A stretch of 63,542 nucleotides of DNA, counting the filler, from Folioceros fuciformis (taxonomy: Eukaryota): the NCBI GenBank assembly GCA_049999805.1. It is 11 parts of 11 records of this genome, joined end to end, with 100 filler letters (N's around TTAATTAATTAA, not from the genome) between each part and the next. Parts side by side here need not be neighbours in the genome. Positions count along the whole stretch, not along the records: positions 38,838 to 41,559 come from JBNGIO010004975.1; positions 41,660 to 46,250 come from JBNGIO010004976.1; positions 46,351 to 52,192 come from JBNGIO010004977.1; 8 more parts are not named here. One strand, 5' to 3'. Every line of letters begins with the position of its first letter. Positions within the stretch are counted from its first letter, which is position 1. Position numbers and translations under genes: made by a program. The notes under the pieces were generated by a model that saw only the letters and a program-made list of their open reading frames with translations, did no database searches and was not told the DNA's origin. This document shows positions 39,550 through 52,292 of the stretch, one piece after another.

Positions 39550-41400
39550 GCCAGGACCTATGATAGCCCCTAGAGCTTGCATAACTTGATTGTTGAACTT
39601 CCTAAGACTTGATAAGAAAACTAGTGACGACGCATCATTTCTAGTGAGGTAACCTAGTCGCCGCGCAAAATAGGACAAAGTAGGACCAAACGCAATATGA
39701 GGATCACCGATTTGTGAGAGGTCCATGATATGAGCCAAATCTTCATCCAACGCTATAGCAACAAAACATATGATTAAAATCAGGATGTCCTATAGGAATA
39801 CCCAAGACTCGAAGTCTTTGCAAGGGAGCAATATGCCCCCTAAATATTGAAGGGGACGGAGTGATGTACGAAGGGAATTAAATCCTACATTTAGACAACT
39901 TAACTCTTAACCCCACCTTTGAGAGCTCCGAGGAGAAGAAATCAAATGCTACTTTGACTAAGACTCCTAGCCCAAGAATATGAGTATCATCGACCACCAA
40001 TGCGAAAAGGAATAGTTAAGCCATGTTGGTAGTAGAGCTTGGATGGTGAACCACAGAAGGAGCAAACAAAAGGGATGAGACGAGCCAAGTGACCTTATGC
40101 ACTCTTGAGCTCCGAGAGTATGGCAACTTGAAGGAGGTAGTACACTTAAGTGTGGCACATCTTTAGGATATAGGGTTAATGGTGGGACAAACACATGCAT
40201 ACATAGTGATGTTGTATTAAGGTAAACAATACTTTATAGAGAGCGTTAAAAGGAGCCATTTCCAGTTATGCTTAGAACAAAAGTTTGATTAGAAGTAACT
40301 TTCATTTTATGTTCTCACATGCATGATTATGAACAATAACCCAAGCATTAATTAGTAATGCTTGATAAACAATAAGTGTGAAAAAAGGTTTGGTTGATTC
40401 CCAATCACATGTGTCTAGCCATAACTTGGAAACTATAAATTTCAATAAAGGAATGGCAATCAGAAACTAAATGAGCATGCGAGAGATATGTGTATAACAT
40501 AGGGTGATGACAATGTGCTCACAAATCGAATCCCTAGTGGGATCCGTAACAACCCCACCAACGACACAAACCTATTCCCCCCAAGTACCTCCCGACAAGA
40601 CACCATGCCAGATGGTACCCTATGTTGATAATGGCAACCCCACGACTACATGTAGAGAGAGAAAAAATCAAGGGGTGGGCCTAACCTAAGCGAAATCTCA
40701 TTGCAGTGGCCAAAGTTGTTCATGTGGTTTAAAACCCTGAATGCAAGGTTAAGCCGAAAAGCAAAGAGCTCACTTCTTTACCTAAACAAGAGCAAATACG
40801 AGTTCGAGAAGAGCTAGGGATGGATGAGTCCAAAAGAAGGGCTCTTAGTGCTTGGCCATATTGCTTTCCAAGATCTCTTCAAGACCCCTCAACCCTTCCC
40901 TAGAAAAGAAGGTAGAGCCTTATGACCCTCCAAAGGGAAAGAGTCTCTTGCTTACCTACAAGGTACCTGTACAGGAAAACTGCCCTCCTCAATGCTTGAA
41001 ATAAAACCTTCAAGAGAGGAATCTTGCAGCAAAAAACAAGAGGCCAAAATTGGTGCTGAGAGCACCTAGCTACCGAGAAAGGCAGCTAGGGTAGAAGCCT
41101 CCATGGCCAAAAGGCCAAACCCCCTGAAAGGTGACTGTAAAAACATCATTCCACTATTACAAAAAGCAACATATAGTGGGCTACATTGTAGTAGTGCAAA
41201 CCAATATACAAGTATATGAGATCTAGCTATCTTAGAAAGTTGGATTTTTCAAAATGAATCCATACCTGAAACTCAAGATGGTCCAACCCGATGCACAAGC
41301 GATGGCAGTTGTTTAAGAATTGGAAGGTCCAGCTCTATTGTGGTGGCAAGGAAAAAAGCAGTCGATAGTAGATGCAAGAGCAAGTTATTTCGGTAATCTA
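39550..41400 (-). mobile_element. Highly degenerate non-LTR retrotransposon RT (CRE-like)
   Basis: Minus-strand remnants ALVVDDTHILG (about 39970-40000) and LRVLGIPIGHPDF (about 39778-39815). Boundaries uncertain. Confidence 0.5.
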
Positions 41401-41659
41401 TGTTGAGATGTCACCCCCGCCATGCTCAAAGGAGGTTAAAACAAGTTAGTTGAAGCAAGATGCAGAATCCCAAAACTAAGAGCACTATAACAAGGCTCTT
41501 AAACTCAAATAAAAAAGGAGAATTACGAAAACAACACAATACAAGTGAAGAGGGAGTTANNNNNNNNNNNNNNNNNNNNNNNNNNNNNNNNNNNNNNNNN
41601 NNNTTAATTAATTAANNNNNNNNNNNNNNNNNNNNNNNNNNNNNNNNNNNNNNNNNNNN

Positions 41660-44600
41660 GCCAAACTGGCAGCAGCCATTAACGACCATCAGGCGGAGAT
41701 TGTAGCTAAGACCATCTCCGCCACCACACCACCTCCAACGGTGGTGAATTTGACACTAGCAGATTGGGCTACTGCCATAGCTGGTGTGCAGGAGTTTCTA
41801 CACACCTGCAAGTACCTGAACCCAGTGGAGGAGTTCCTAGCTATTTTGGAGAGAGCATTCTCATTGAAGACCTCAAAGAAAATTGCAGAACTTGTTGCCT
41901 TTGCTCGCAAAAAGGGGGAGACAGTCCAGATGTGCTTCAGGAGGCTATAGAAATTGAGGGAAGGTACAGGGATGTTAACAAATCAGGAAGCAGCGTAGAG
42001 GTTTTTGACTGCACTTGAAGGAGACCCGTTGTTTCATTTCCAGCTGGCTACGTCCTTGGTGGACAAATATGGAGACAAGTACACTTTGGAGCAACTGCAT
42101 GAAGAAGCTCAGAAGAAGGAGGTAGCCTTCTCGGTCTATGCCTCTCGGCATTCCAAGGCCTTCACGCACTACCAGTCCATGTTCTCTAGCAAGGGGGCAG
42201 CTAACACAGGTGCAGGAGCCAAGACTGGTCAGACTAAGCCAGTTAAGGTAGTTTCAGCAGCAGCTCCAACAGCAGCAGTGGTAGCCATGTGTAACCACTG
42301 TGGCAGCCCTGAGCACATGTGCCCTGCATGCAAGTGTCCTCCAAAGGGACTCTACTACATCCATTGCCAAAAGAATGGACACGTGGTTATTGTGTGCTTC
42401 CAAAAGCACCCCGAACGAAGATACCAGAAGATTGGTACCATGGGGTCTGCAGGAGCCACAACTGCGAGTGTGGAAGCAGGAGGAACGAGGAGCGCTGTTG
42501 GGTTGTCCCGCAGTAAGCAATAGCGTGACAAGGTCAAGGCTAAGGCAGCCGCCACTACTGACAAGGTTAGCTCCCTTGAGGCTTCCATGGCCGCCACGAC
42601 AGCTCAACTTGTAGTCTTAACAGCCAACATCACCGGCTCTTCCAAACCAGCCAATGCGGTGAAGTTGGTACCAGTACAAGAGGATGAGGATTATGGCCCA
42701 GCACACCAAGTATGTATGGTTGACAGAATTGGTGACAGCAGCATGGAGGTTGAATTGCCAGCCACATGGGTGGTGTAGAATTTACAGGTGGTCATGAGAA
42801 CAACAGCACCTGCCTTAGGGCCTGTCACCAGGAATCGAGGGGCCAGGGCTACCATGCCAAAGTCCTTTTCCCCGTTGCCATCGGGGTCTACAATTCCGGT
42901 ACGAGCCCAGGAGCACTCAACGTTGTGTGTGGAATAGCTGGCCACGAGTAGAACACCTGGCCAGAGCATGCCAACACCAGAGCATGTGTATCTCTTACCT
43001 CAAGCCACCAAAGTCACACAACTCGCTGCCAAGCTAACTTAGGTGCCAGTTTTCACACTGCAGAACATGGGCATCATGACCAGCAGGCTGAAGGAAGTTC
43101 TTCAAATTGCAGAAGCCACGGCTGCATCTGCTGACCCTAGCCTAGGTGCAGCATACACTTCACAATGGGTGCTTCCAACAGAGGTGTCACACTCTACAGG
43201 TGGGCAGACTGCACCGAGTCATTGTAGTGGCTCTTACACTGTACAGCTAGCTAAGGGAGTTGACAGCCAACCGCGAGTGCAGTCCACCAATCGACTGCAG
43301 GCTCGTGTCAACAATGCAGTTGTTGACAATCGTGGTGGGCACATCACAATCAATGGGTATGCACCCAGAGTGGTGTTGCTGGACACGAGAGCCCAACCTG
43401 TACTCGTTGGGAAGATTCTGGCTGCAAGGTTGCATCTTCAGGGTGATGCATTGCATACCTCGCCCTGGAACATCAGAACGGCATCTAGGGCTATTGAACC
43501 AGTCTGTGGTGAGATAGTCCAACCCTTGGACATCACCTTGAACTCAGGCACGCCAGATGCCATGACATTGTCCTTGCCCTGCCTAGTAACCACAGCCACC
43601 AACTATGATTTGTTGTTGGGGCAAGAGTTCCTCTTCCCACCAGGAGTTGGTGTGGATAATTGGACTGAGTAAGCCTTCTATAGGCCTGACTAGAAGCAAG
43701 GAGGTCGTCACATTGGATATCTGCCGTTAGATTTGCATGGCCGGGTGGAGGTTGATGTAGCCACTTTGGTGAAAAGCCTGGCTGTAGGTGGTATCAAAAG
43801 TAGCAATGTGGTGGAGCTTGTCCAAGACACATACCAAGTGGACAAGCATCTAAAGACCAATGTTGCCGAGGCCCAAGTGAGGTGTACCAGTTTGCAGCAA
43901 GCTCAGCCTGACTGTCCAGAGCAGGCAGAGGCATTGCTGACCAAGGCACAAGAGCAGGTCAACAAGGCGCAACAATTGTTGGAAGCCGGGACTCTGTCAT
44001 CTTGTCCCACATCTTATGTGGACAATACTGTCAACATATGGGCACCGGCTGCGCCAGCCCTTACAGTCATTGAACTGTTTGGTGGTATTTGTACCAGGTT
44101 AGAAGCCTTGCTCTTGACAGGTTTGAGCATTCAAAGGTACCTTTACTGTGACAAAGACCCCGTTGCCAGGCAAATTGCTGCATTTCGGCTGCAGAGCCTA
44201 CAGCATCGTTTCCCACAGCAACTATCAGCTGAGGCTGTGGCTAATACATTCACGTCCTTACCTCAGGACGTCCAATACATACAGTAGGGCCACATCCAAG
44301 CCTTGGGCCCCATCGACATGGTCATAGCTGGCTGGGAATGCCAAGGATTCTCTCAAGCTGGGGTAGGTGCAGGATTGAGAGATCCACATTCTGGTCTGTT
44401 TAGAGATCTCCAACAAATCTTGGCATGGGCACAAGATAGTAACCCTCAATGTGCAAACCTGCTAAACACACCAGCCCAGTTTGATACCCGGCCACAGGTG
44501 CAGCAGGATATGGCCATTGTGCGACATTTTGCAGGGCCACCATTCCTCATGGATGTTGTGCAGGTGGGCAGCTATGCCCACAAGCTTCGTAACTACTAGA

Positions 44601-46098
44601 CCATTTGGTCCCTGTCTCCGTGTTGGACTTGGCTCTCTAGAACACCAGCAGGGATCCAGGGCTGCAACTTTGTACTGTATTGGAGAACTACCATCAGCCA
44701 CGACTTGAGGTGGCCAGTGAGAAAGCCCCTTGGTTCAAGACCAACATTCCAGGTCAGCCAAGGCACACGTTGCCCATGCTAGTAAGCCTTCCGGGTTCAT
44801 TCGCTTACAGAGGAGAAGGAGCTGGCTTATTACTGAATACAGAAAGGTAGCGGTGGGAAGAACCAACAGTTGAGGAGCGAGAGCGACTCATGGGTTTTCA
44901 AACCCATAGTACAGCGGCCCCCACTATCACCAATTGGCAGCGCAAGGGCACTCTAGGACGAGCCATGGACCTCCATGCCATCACATGGTTGGTGAGTTTG
45001 TGCCTTGCCTTTCAGCTGCACACTCAGGTCACTCCCATGCTACTCCCAGGCTTGTTTGCTAGCATGTGCCCTCGAGATGCTATTCACCTCCCATTCCTAG
45101 GATACACACAGTTGCCTTTCTGGCTAGATGCTGGGGGGGTGGAGTACGTAGTATTGGCATCACGTACTGTTTACTCAGTATCTGATCAAGCCAAGGCAGA
45201 AAAGGAGGATCCAGGAGCTACACCCAAGATGTCTGCTGCTAATTTCCCTTGGAAGATGGGCTCAGAACTCAGTCTGAAGCAACAGGACCGCATTCGTAAC
45301 TTGCTGCTTAAGTACAGGGACTGTTTTGCCTTTTCCATGCATGAGCTCAAGAGGTGCAATGTCACAACCTTTCGCATCAACCTTACCACCCAAGAGCCTG
45401 TATACAGGCGACGATATAGGTTAAGTAAGACGGAATGGGACATGGTGGATGCAAGATGCAAGGAACTGTACGAGGCAGACCTAATACATCCTTCTAACAG
45501 TGACTATGCTGCTGCCACTATGATGCCACCCAAAAAGGGCAGCCAGGGTTTGTGGACTGAGAAGAGGATGTGTGGCGATTATAGGCCCATCAATGAAGTA
45601 ACTGCCCAGGATCGGTACTCAATGCCGACACCAGAGGAGATCTTTGACCGTATTGGACAGTCTATGTTCTTTTCCACGCTGGACCTGCAACAAGGGTTTA
45701 ACCAGGTCCTAGTGGCAACTGAAGATATCAAGAAGACAGCCTTCCATGGTTCTCAACAACTATGGGAATGGCTAGTGATGCCCTTTGGATTCAAGAATGT
45801 GCCAGTGACCTTTCCTCGCATCATGGACATAGTACTAGCTGGAGCCGGCTATCTCATGTGCTACATTGATGATGTGCTAGTCCACAACATGGACTTCGAG
45901 GATCATTTGGTACACCTAGAAGACCTGTTTGTAAGATTGCAAAAGGCATAACTCACATGCCACCCAGCCAAGTGTGAGTTTGGCATGAGCACTGTGGCGT
46001 ATTTGGGCCACAGAATTGTTCCCAATGGTGTCACCCCATATGCTACCAAGGTTCAGGCAATTATGCAAGTTAAGGAACCGACCACCGTATCAGCCCTG
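41660..46098 (+). mobile_element. Ty3/gypsy polyprotein: gag, protease, C5 DNA methyltransferase, RT (degenerate, both ends missing)
   Basis: Zinc knuckles (CNHCGSPEHMCPAC), protease VLLDTRAQPV, MTase motifs, RT RMCGDYRPIN, STLDLQQGFNQ, VMPFGFKN, CYIDDVLV. Confidence 0.92.
44060..44995 (+). pseudogene. DNMT3-like DNA (cytosine-5)-methyltransferase domain within the gypsy polyprotein
   Basis: Motif I LTVIELFGGI, II YCDKD, III DV, IV DMVIAGWECQGFS (catalytic Cys at 44339-44341), V SGLF, VIII GSYAHKLRNY, IX ERERLMGF, X LGRAMD. Confidence 0.88.
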
Positions 46099-46350
46099 AT
46101 GTGACATAAGCAGAACTCAAGGGTTTCTGTAAACAAAGAATATAAAGGGACATGCAAAATTAGGTTTGGATGGAAATCTAATTCATTTATGTTCCAACAT
46201 ATCGTTCATGGTGGGATTGGGTCGTGACGTGTGTGCATTCTTTAATTTTANNNNNNNNNNNNNNNNNNNNNNNNNNNNNNNNNNNNNNNNNNNNTTAATT
46301 AATTAANNNNNNNNNNNNNNNNNNNNNNNNNNNNNNNNNNNNNNNNNNNN

Positions 46351-46424
46351 CAACACAACACACGACAGTAACATATGGTACAACACAACACACGACAATA
46401 ACATATGGTACAACACAACACACC
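46351..46424. repeat. 30-bp tandem repeat (CAACACAACACACGACAGTAACATATGGTA); the same repeat ends the contig at about 52146-52192
   Basis: About 2.5 contiguous units with no spacers. Confidence 0.9.
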
Positions 46425-46631
46425 ACAATAGGCTGGAGCTCGACCTCCATTTCCTCGCATCTTGCCTCCCTAGTTAATGATGCTTTGTCTTTGGGTTTCT
46501 TTGATCTTTGCTTTACCTCCTTCTCCTTGCATTTTGCCAGCCTGTTTAACGATGCGGTTTTCTTATCTTTTGTGTGAGAATGATATCCACTTCATTCTCT
46601 TCATTCTCAAGGCTGGCGATCCTTATATCTT

Positions 46632-46732
46632 TCTCTAATTACCGATTTATCACCGTGGAGTCTCTTCCTCTAATTACCGATTTATCACCATGGAGTCTCT
46701 TCCTCTAATTACTGATTTATCACCGTGGAGTC
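46632..46732. repeat. 34-bp tandem repeat x3 at the 5' end of the LINE fragment
   Basis: tctctaattaccgatttatcaccgtggagtctcttcc repeated. Confidence 0.85.
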
Positions 46733-47650
46733 TATTTATGCTAAGATCTTTAGCTCTTGTTTGGAAACTTTGACTACGTCTTGGGTTGAAGTTGCTCGGG
46801 GACAAGCCGGTTTCCGCCCCGGTAGGAATACTTTGTATCATCTTTTTACTCTCTGGGCTATTATTGAGGGGGCTCGACATCTGAAGAAGCACGTATACTA
46901 TTGTTTTGTTGACTTTAAGCGTGCTTTCAACTCTATGCCTTGGGATAAGTTGTTTGACAGACTTCAGTCTCTTAAGATGCCTCCTCATTTGTGGCATGCT
47001 GCTACCCTTCCCTACAAAAGGGTCTTCGCTCGAATCAAGACTCCCCGTGGTTTGTCTTCCCACCAAATCCCTATCCAACTTGGCATTCGTGAGGGTGACT
47101 CTTTGTCCCCAAATCTCTTTGGGTTGTATATTGATGAGCTTAAGGAATGGCTTCTTCGATCTGACGACCTTGGTGCTCGGCTATTTCTGGAAAGGATTCC
47201 TATCCTTCTATATGTGGATGATACTGTTCTTTTATCTCATTCCCTGGAGGGCCTGCAAAAGCAATTGGATGTTTTATTCCTTTTTTGCAAAACCAAGGGT
47301 CTCTTTGTCAATCTGTGCAAGACCAAGATTATGTGGTTCAACACTCGGGATTACAAGGGTGATTGCAAATTTTATTATGATGGTTAGGAGGTGGAGATGG
47401 TCCGATCGTATACTTATTTGGGTATCACTATTTTCGGTTCTAAATTTAATTAGACCTCCTTTGCGTCCTCCGCGCTACCAAGGGGATGGGCTCTGTCCGT
47501 GCTTTGCGTCGTTCTTTATACAGGATGAATCGTTAGGATATCAATCTTCCAAAGCAGCTATTCAATATTATGGTAATTCCCTCCGCCTTGTATGGTGCTG
47601 AAATTTGGGACCCGGATCTTTCCCCTTCTTGGGCGATGGTGGAAAAGGTG
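46725..47650 (+). mobile_element. LINE (non-LTR) reverse transcriptase fragment
   Basis: QAGFRPGR, CFVDFKRAFNS, GIREGDSLSPNLF, LLYVDDTVLL, VNLCKTKIM, YTYLG. Confidence 0.92.
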
Positions 47651-47989
47651 AGCCCCGCAATCACCAAGGGTGACGACTGGCCTGTTAACTAGCAAGACGT
47701 ACAGTACGTACTCCCCATGGACTCTGGGTTGTCGCTAATCAAACACACTGGACGCCACGTCAACTGAACTGACCTAACCGCTAGTTGGAGGGTACAGGGC
47801 ATGATCAGGATCCCATGCTGAACGACAGAAAGTGTCAGACATATCTTTCTGCAACAGTTGCCGTTGTCAGAAAACACACTCATCTCTCTCGTGTTCACAT
47901 GAGCGTTGGAGAAATAACATGGGTTAGTTCTGGATAATGTAGGTACTTACACCTTTGCGAAACCCTTTGCCTCGCCCACTGGGCCACGT

Positions 47990-50900
47990 CTACTCTCCTT
48001 TGCAGCTGTAAACCATTCCAACCTCCAGAAGGTTTGGAGCTGGAATCTGCAGATCGGCGATGCTGGACCTGCAATTGGTTTGGAGAAGGTAGAAAACCTT
48101 GTTCACCACAAACCTGTGAAGCCATCCAGCTTCCTGGGTGAGCTGCACTTTTGCTCTACCTATGACGTAGACTGCTCCGTTTTTGAGTTCATCTTGCAGC
48201 CTTTGCATCTCCTCCGGAATGGTTCTGAGGAACTGGCTCCGCGCATCGGCCTTAAGCCTTTCAGCGTACACCTCGGCCGAGAGTTTCTTGGCCTCCAGAT
48301 ATTCGTTGAGTGAGGCTACGACCTGCTGCATGAAGCCCTGATCTCTGACATTTACGAAATCTTTGTAGCCGTACCGGGCTATGCACCTGTACACTCCCCC
48401 GGGTCCGCATCCGGATGCGACCCTGCCCACCAGAAAACGCTCGCTTGGCAGGACGGTCTTCACAGGCACAAACCTTACGGTCGTGAAAACCAGTGTTCGG
48501 TGGAGGCTGCGGACATTTTTGACATAGTGGGTGAACACCGGAGGTGGTCCATCCGAGAGGTCGCTGAAGAAGAAGCATATTCCTGGCACCCTTTGGAGGT
48601 CAGGGCTCTCTAGGAGTTCCTTCAAGCTGTCCCCTGACAATCGGTTCTGCGCCTCATACGCTTGCTTCACACGTCGACCTATGTTCCAGGTGAGCATCAC
48701 CAAGAGGAGGAGGATGGCTATGGCAAATGGCACCCAACCTCCCTGCGGAATTTTTTTCATCACCGCTGTGATGTACACGCCTTCTATGGATATGAAGCTA
48801 ACGAAGAAGAGCAGTATGAGCGGCCAAGCTGTCTCCCAAATCACCAGCATCACTAGAGTGACCAGGCAAGTTGTTATCGCCATCACAAAGATCACAGCTA
48901 CCCCTGCAACATTTTAAACAAATATGACTCGTGAAGAAAAGTTTCAAGGATCTTGGCTGTGGACTTCACACTGAAGGAAAGTTCAATTCGGAAGACGGAG
49001 AGCTCAAAAACATCTTACCATAAGCATTCCCGATCTGGGTTCCATCCCGGAATCCGAGCACAACCGCAAGGCAGAGAATCATGAGGGCGTAGTTCGCTGC
49101 AGGGCAGTACACCTGCCCCTCTTCCTGTTCGGACGTGTGAGTTATCTTCACTCGGGGAAAGGACCCAAGAGCCACCGCCTGCTTGACTATGGAGAAGGTA
49201 GCAGAGATCAAAGCTTGGCTAGCAACAATTGCAGCAAGTGTTGATATCACAAACATAGGCCAGTACACCTTGTCTGGGATAGAGGCAAAGAAGGTAGTCC
49301 CGATCTTCGATGGATCATGGATTATGAAGGCAGTCTGGCCCAAGTATGTGAGTACGAGCGAGGGATAAACAAAACAGGAAAATGCTAGCTGCAAACAACG
49401 ACAAGCCAGTCAATCCTTCGTTCCTCCATGATTGTTCAACCGACAAATGTATGAAAAGCTCCTAGCCTGTAGTGCTGGACTACTTGCTTACTTGAATGGC
49501 TCGATGATTAAAGTGGCCCAAATCGGCAAACATGGCCTCAGCACCTGCGTTCATTATCATGATTGAGAATCTGAGAGTTTGGAGGGGAGGGTAAGGTAAG
49601 GTGAAGGATGATGCCGCTAGTCTACCTGTGATGACGAGGATGATGCCGCTAAGTGCTTCCCATCCGTGCAACTTGTTCTTTTGGAAGAAAAAATAAATGT
49701 AGTGCGGGGATAAAGCCTTGAAGACTCCCGGATAATATTTCACGATGTTGTAGAGGCCAATTATGGGTGTGCAGGCAAACCATAGGACCATGACCGGCGA
49801 AAACAGGAAGGCAACCTTGGAGGTGCCAAAGCGTTGAAGCAGGAACACTAACAGCAGTATGACCGCTGAGACGCCTACCACCGTTGCTGCATTTGTCACG
49901 AGTCACACACAAGACATATCAGATGGGAAAGCTAGAAACTATTGGCCGAAACGGCTAGTAGCTCATGACGATTATGCATGAAACTTGTACGAAGAGTTGA
50001 TCAGGAAGCTGTCTTTCGAGTAATACCTTGATTGATGTGGGAGCCCTTTGCCTGCTGGATGCCAACCACAGCTGAGAGAACTGCAGGAGGTCAAGCAATA
50101 CCACCTGTTCAGCAGACTATGTCGCAGCGGACTGGTCCCAGGGGTGCAGGCCGACAAAATGACGACACCAACATTTAAAGTGATTGTTTGCAGCTAGTTA
50201 ACGGGCCTGTTAGTCTCTACCTGATATAGCTGGCGTGAGTACACCATCACCCATCACCATGCTCGTGCCAATCATAACGAGGATGAGCAATGCTCTCTGT
50301 GCCGTCTTGCTACTCTCCAAGAATTTTATGGTACGGGAGTGTATCCCCTTACTATTTTTGCTGAAAAATTGCAGCTGTGAATCGGACTGCAGGGGCTTGT
50401 AAGATCTGCCAGCCGTCTGTCCGATTCTTGCATGCTGACACAACTTAGAGTATAACGCAGCCGTACCTCCTGTAAAACGCAGCCGTCCACGGTTGGGTGG
50501 ATGTGAATGATATTGAGCTGACTCCAAAACCGCTTTATACTCTTAAGTGGGTTCAAACAAGAAAGAAATGAAAAGAAAAGAAAAAAACAGTCGTCCATTG
50601 TACAGGACCTCAAAACTCACCTTCCCCGTGGTCGTCAGCTCGGAGCACTATAGAAACGTATTTGAGAAGCGCGATCAACGTCAGAGTCCAGAACATGATG
50701 CTCATGACTCCTAGCACATCCATCTCCGTCACAGGATTCTGCCACTGCGTGCTAGAGAAAACGTAGAGCGGAGACGTGCCTACGTCGCCATACACCACTC
50801 CCAAAGTCTGGTACGCAAGCAACAAGGTCTGCCAAGTGCCATAGTTCTGCAGAAGAAAACACGATCAAACAGCTGCATAAGCATCCGTCACAATTCAAGC

Positions 50901-51210
50901 ACGTGTTTGAACCAAAGCAATCCTAGCAAGAAATAACACCAATGGAGCAGAAAATCACCTTTGCTTCCTTGCGGAAGGGAGCCAAATGTTCAGAAAATCG
51001 AATCTCGGAACCCGTCCTTCCGACAAGATTACGTTCAACGGCCCCAACTACCTCGTCGTCGGTGGTGAAATTGCATTCCTCATTGTCCGATCCCATGTCC
51101 GTTATCTCCATGTGCACATTCGCTCCATTGGAACACACACTCATAGTACCTGCCTCGATGTCCATCACTGCTGGAGGAAGCGAAGACTCGTCAAACGAAA
51201 CACGCCTCAT
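47990..51210 (-). CDS. HAK: HAK/KUP/KT potassium transporter, 8 exons: 51210-50959, 50846-50621, 50469-50221, 50080-50027, 49886-49626, 49544-49492, 49388-49019, 48903-47990
   Basis: Signatures [92 protein letters not shown]. All introns are GT-AG with compatible phases. Start codon is tentative. Confidence 0.93.
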
Positions 51211-52292
51211 CGCGTCAGCACCAAATTCCACAAGGCACGAGCATACCGTGAAGAAGTGAATTTTGCTAGCATTGTGAAACCATATATATACACAATCGAG
51301 CACAAGGACCGCGAAATATTTCCGTTTCCATCCCCATTCCTCAACAAGAAACACTATATATCGAGACCTGCCAAACACGACTCGCTCATGAAATGAGGAC
51401 CTCACGCTTTAAGAGTTGCTAATTCCAGCCGCAGCAATATACCAATTGGAGGTCGCAGTGGCCGGAAGAGAAGAGCTCCGGACACGAGAGCGCGCCAATA
51501 AGCTGGTGAAATTTTTTAGCAGCGGGCATTCTAGTGAAGTAGTCGGAGGCGGCGCGCGCGCGGGCGGCGGCGCCGGGGGACGTGAGATTCAACTGCCGAA
51601 CTCGTGAAGCAATAGCGGGCGCAGCTTTCCCCGTCACATTCAATGGTTGGCCAGTCCGAGAGGCGAATACATAACTGCGGTCACGGTTGCCTGCTGCGGT
51701 GCGCCAACCGGATGTGCATCTGCATCTGTAGCTCTGGACGTCACGAGACGAGAGTGGATGAAAGTAGGTTGCGAGGTTCTTTGCCGTTGCACGCTGCAGC
51801 ATCCCGGGAAGTGCTGTGGACTGGAGAGCGCACGCGCCGCTGCTCTCAACGCGGCTGCATGAGATATATTTGGAGGATTCCTTGGCCGTGTGCGCGTGCG
51901 GGACGAGAGTTTGTCAGTGGGACGAGAAAGGCGGGAGCGGGGAACGGGGGCATGATGGGGTCGCAGTTGAACTTACGGACGGGGTAGCGGAGCGGAGCGG
52001 ATCGGATCGGAGCGGAACGGAAACAAGTCAGAAATGCGGAGCGGAAACAAAGACGCTGGACTGGACCATCGCCAAGGGAGGGAGGAGAAGGCGCCGCTAC
52101 GGCCTCTTGAGGGCGTGCCTGAAATGAATGAAACCTCGTTAAACATAACATATGGTACAACACAACACACGACAGTAACATATGGTACAACANNNNNNNN
52201 NNNNNNNNNNNNNNNNNNNNNNNNNNNNNNNNNNNNTTAATTAATTAANNNNNNNNNNNNNNNNNNNNNNNNNNNNNNNNNNNNNNNNNNNN

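Noticed and set aside
44060-44995. Bacterial restriction-modification methyltransferase or contamination
   Set aside because: It is in frame with eukaryotic gypsy protease and RT, decays like the neighbouring TE sequence, and has no cognate endonuclease.
46351-46424. 30-bp repeats resembling a CRISPR array
   Set aside because: Units are contiguous with no unique spacers, there are no cas genes, and the context is eukaryotic.
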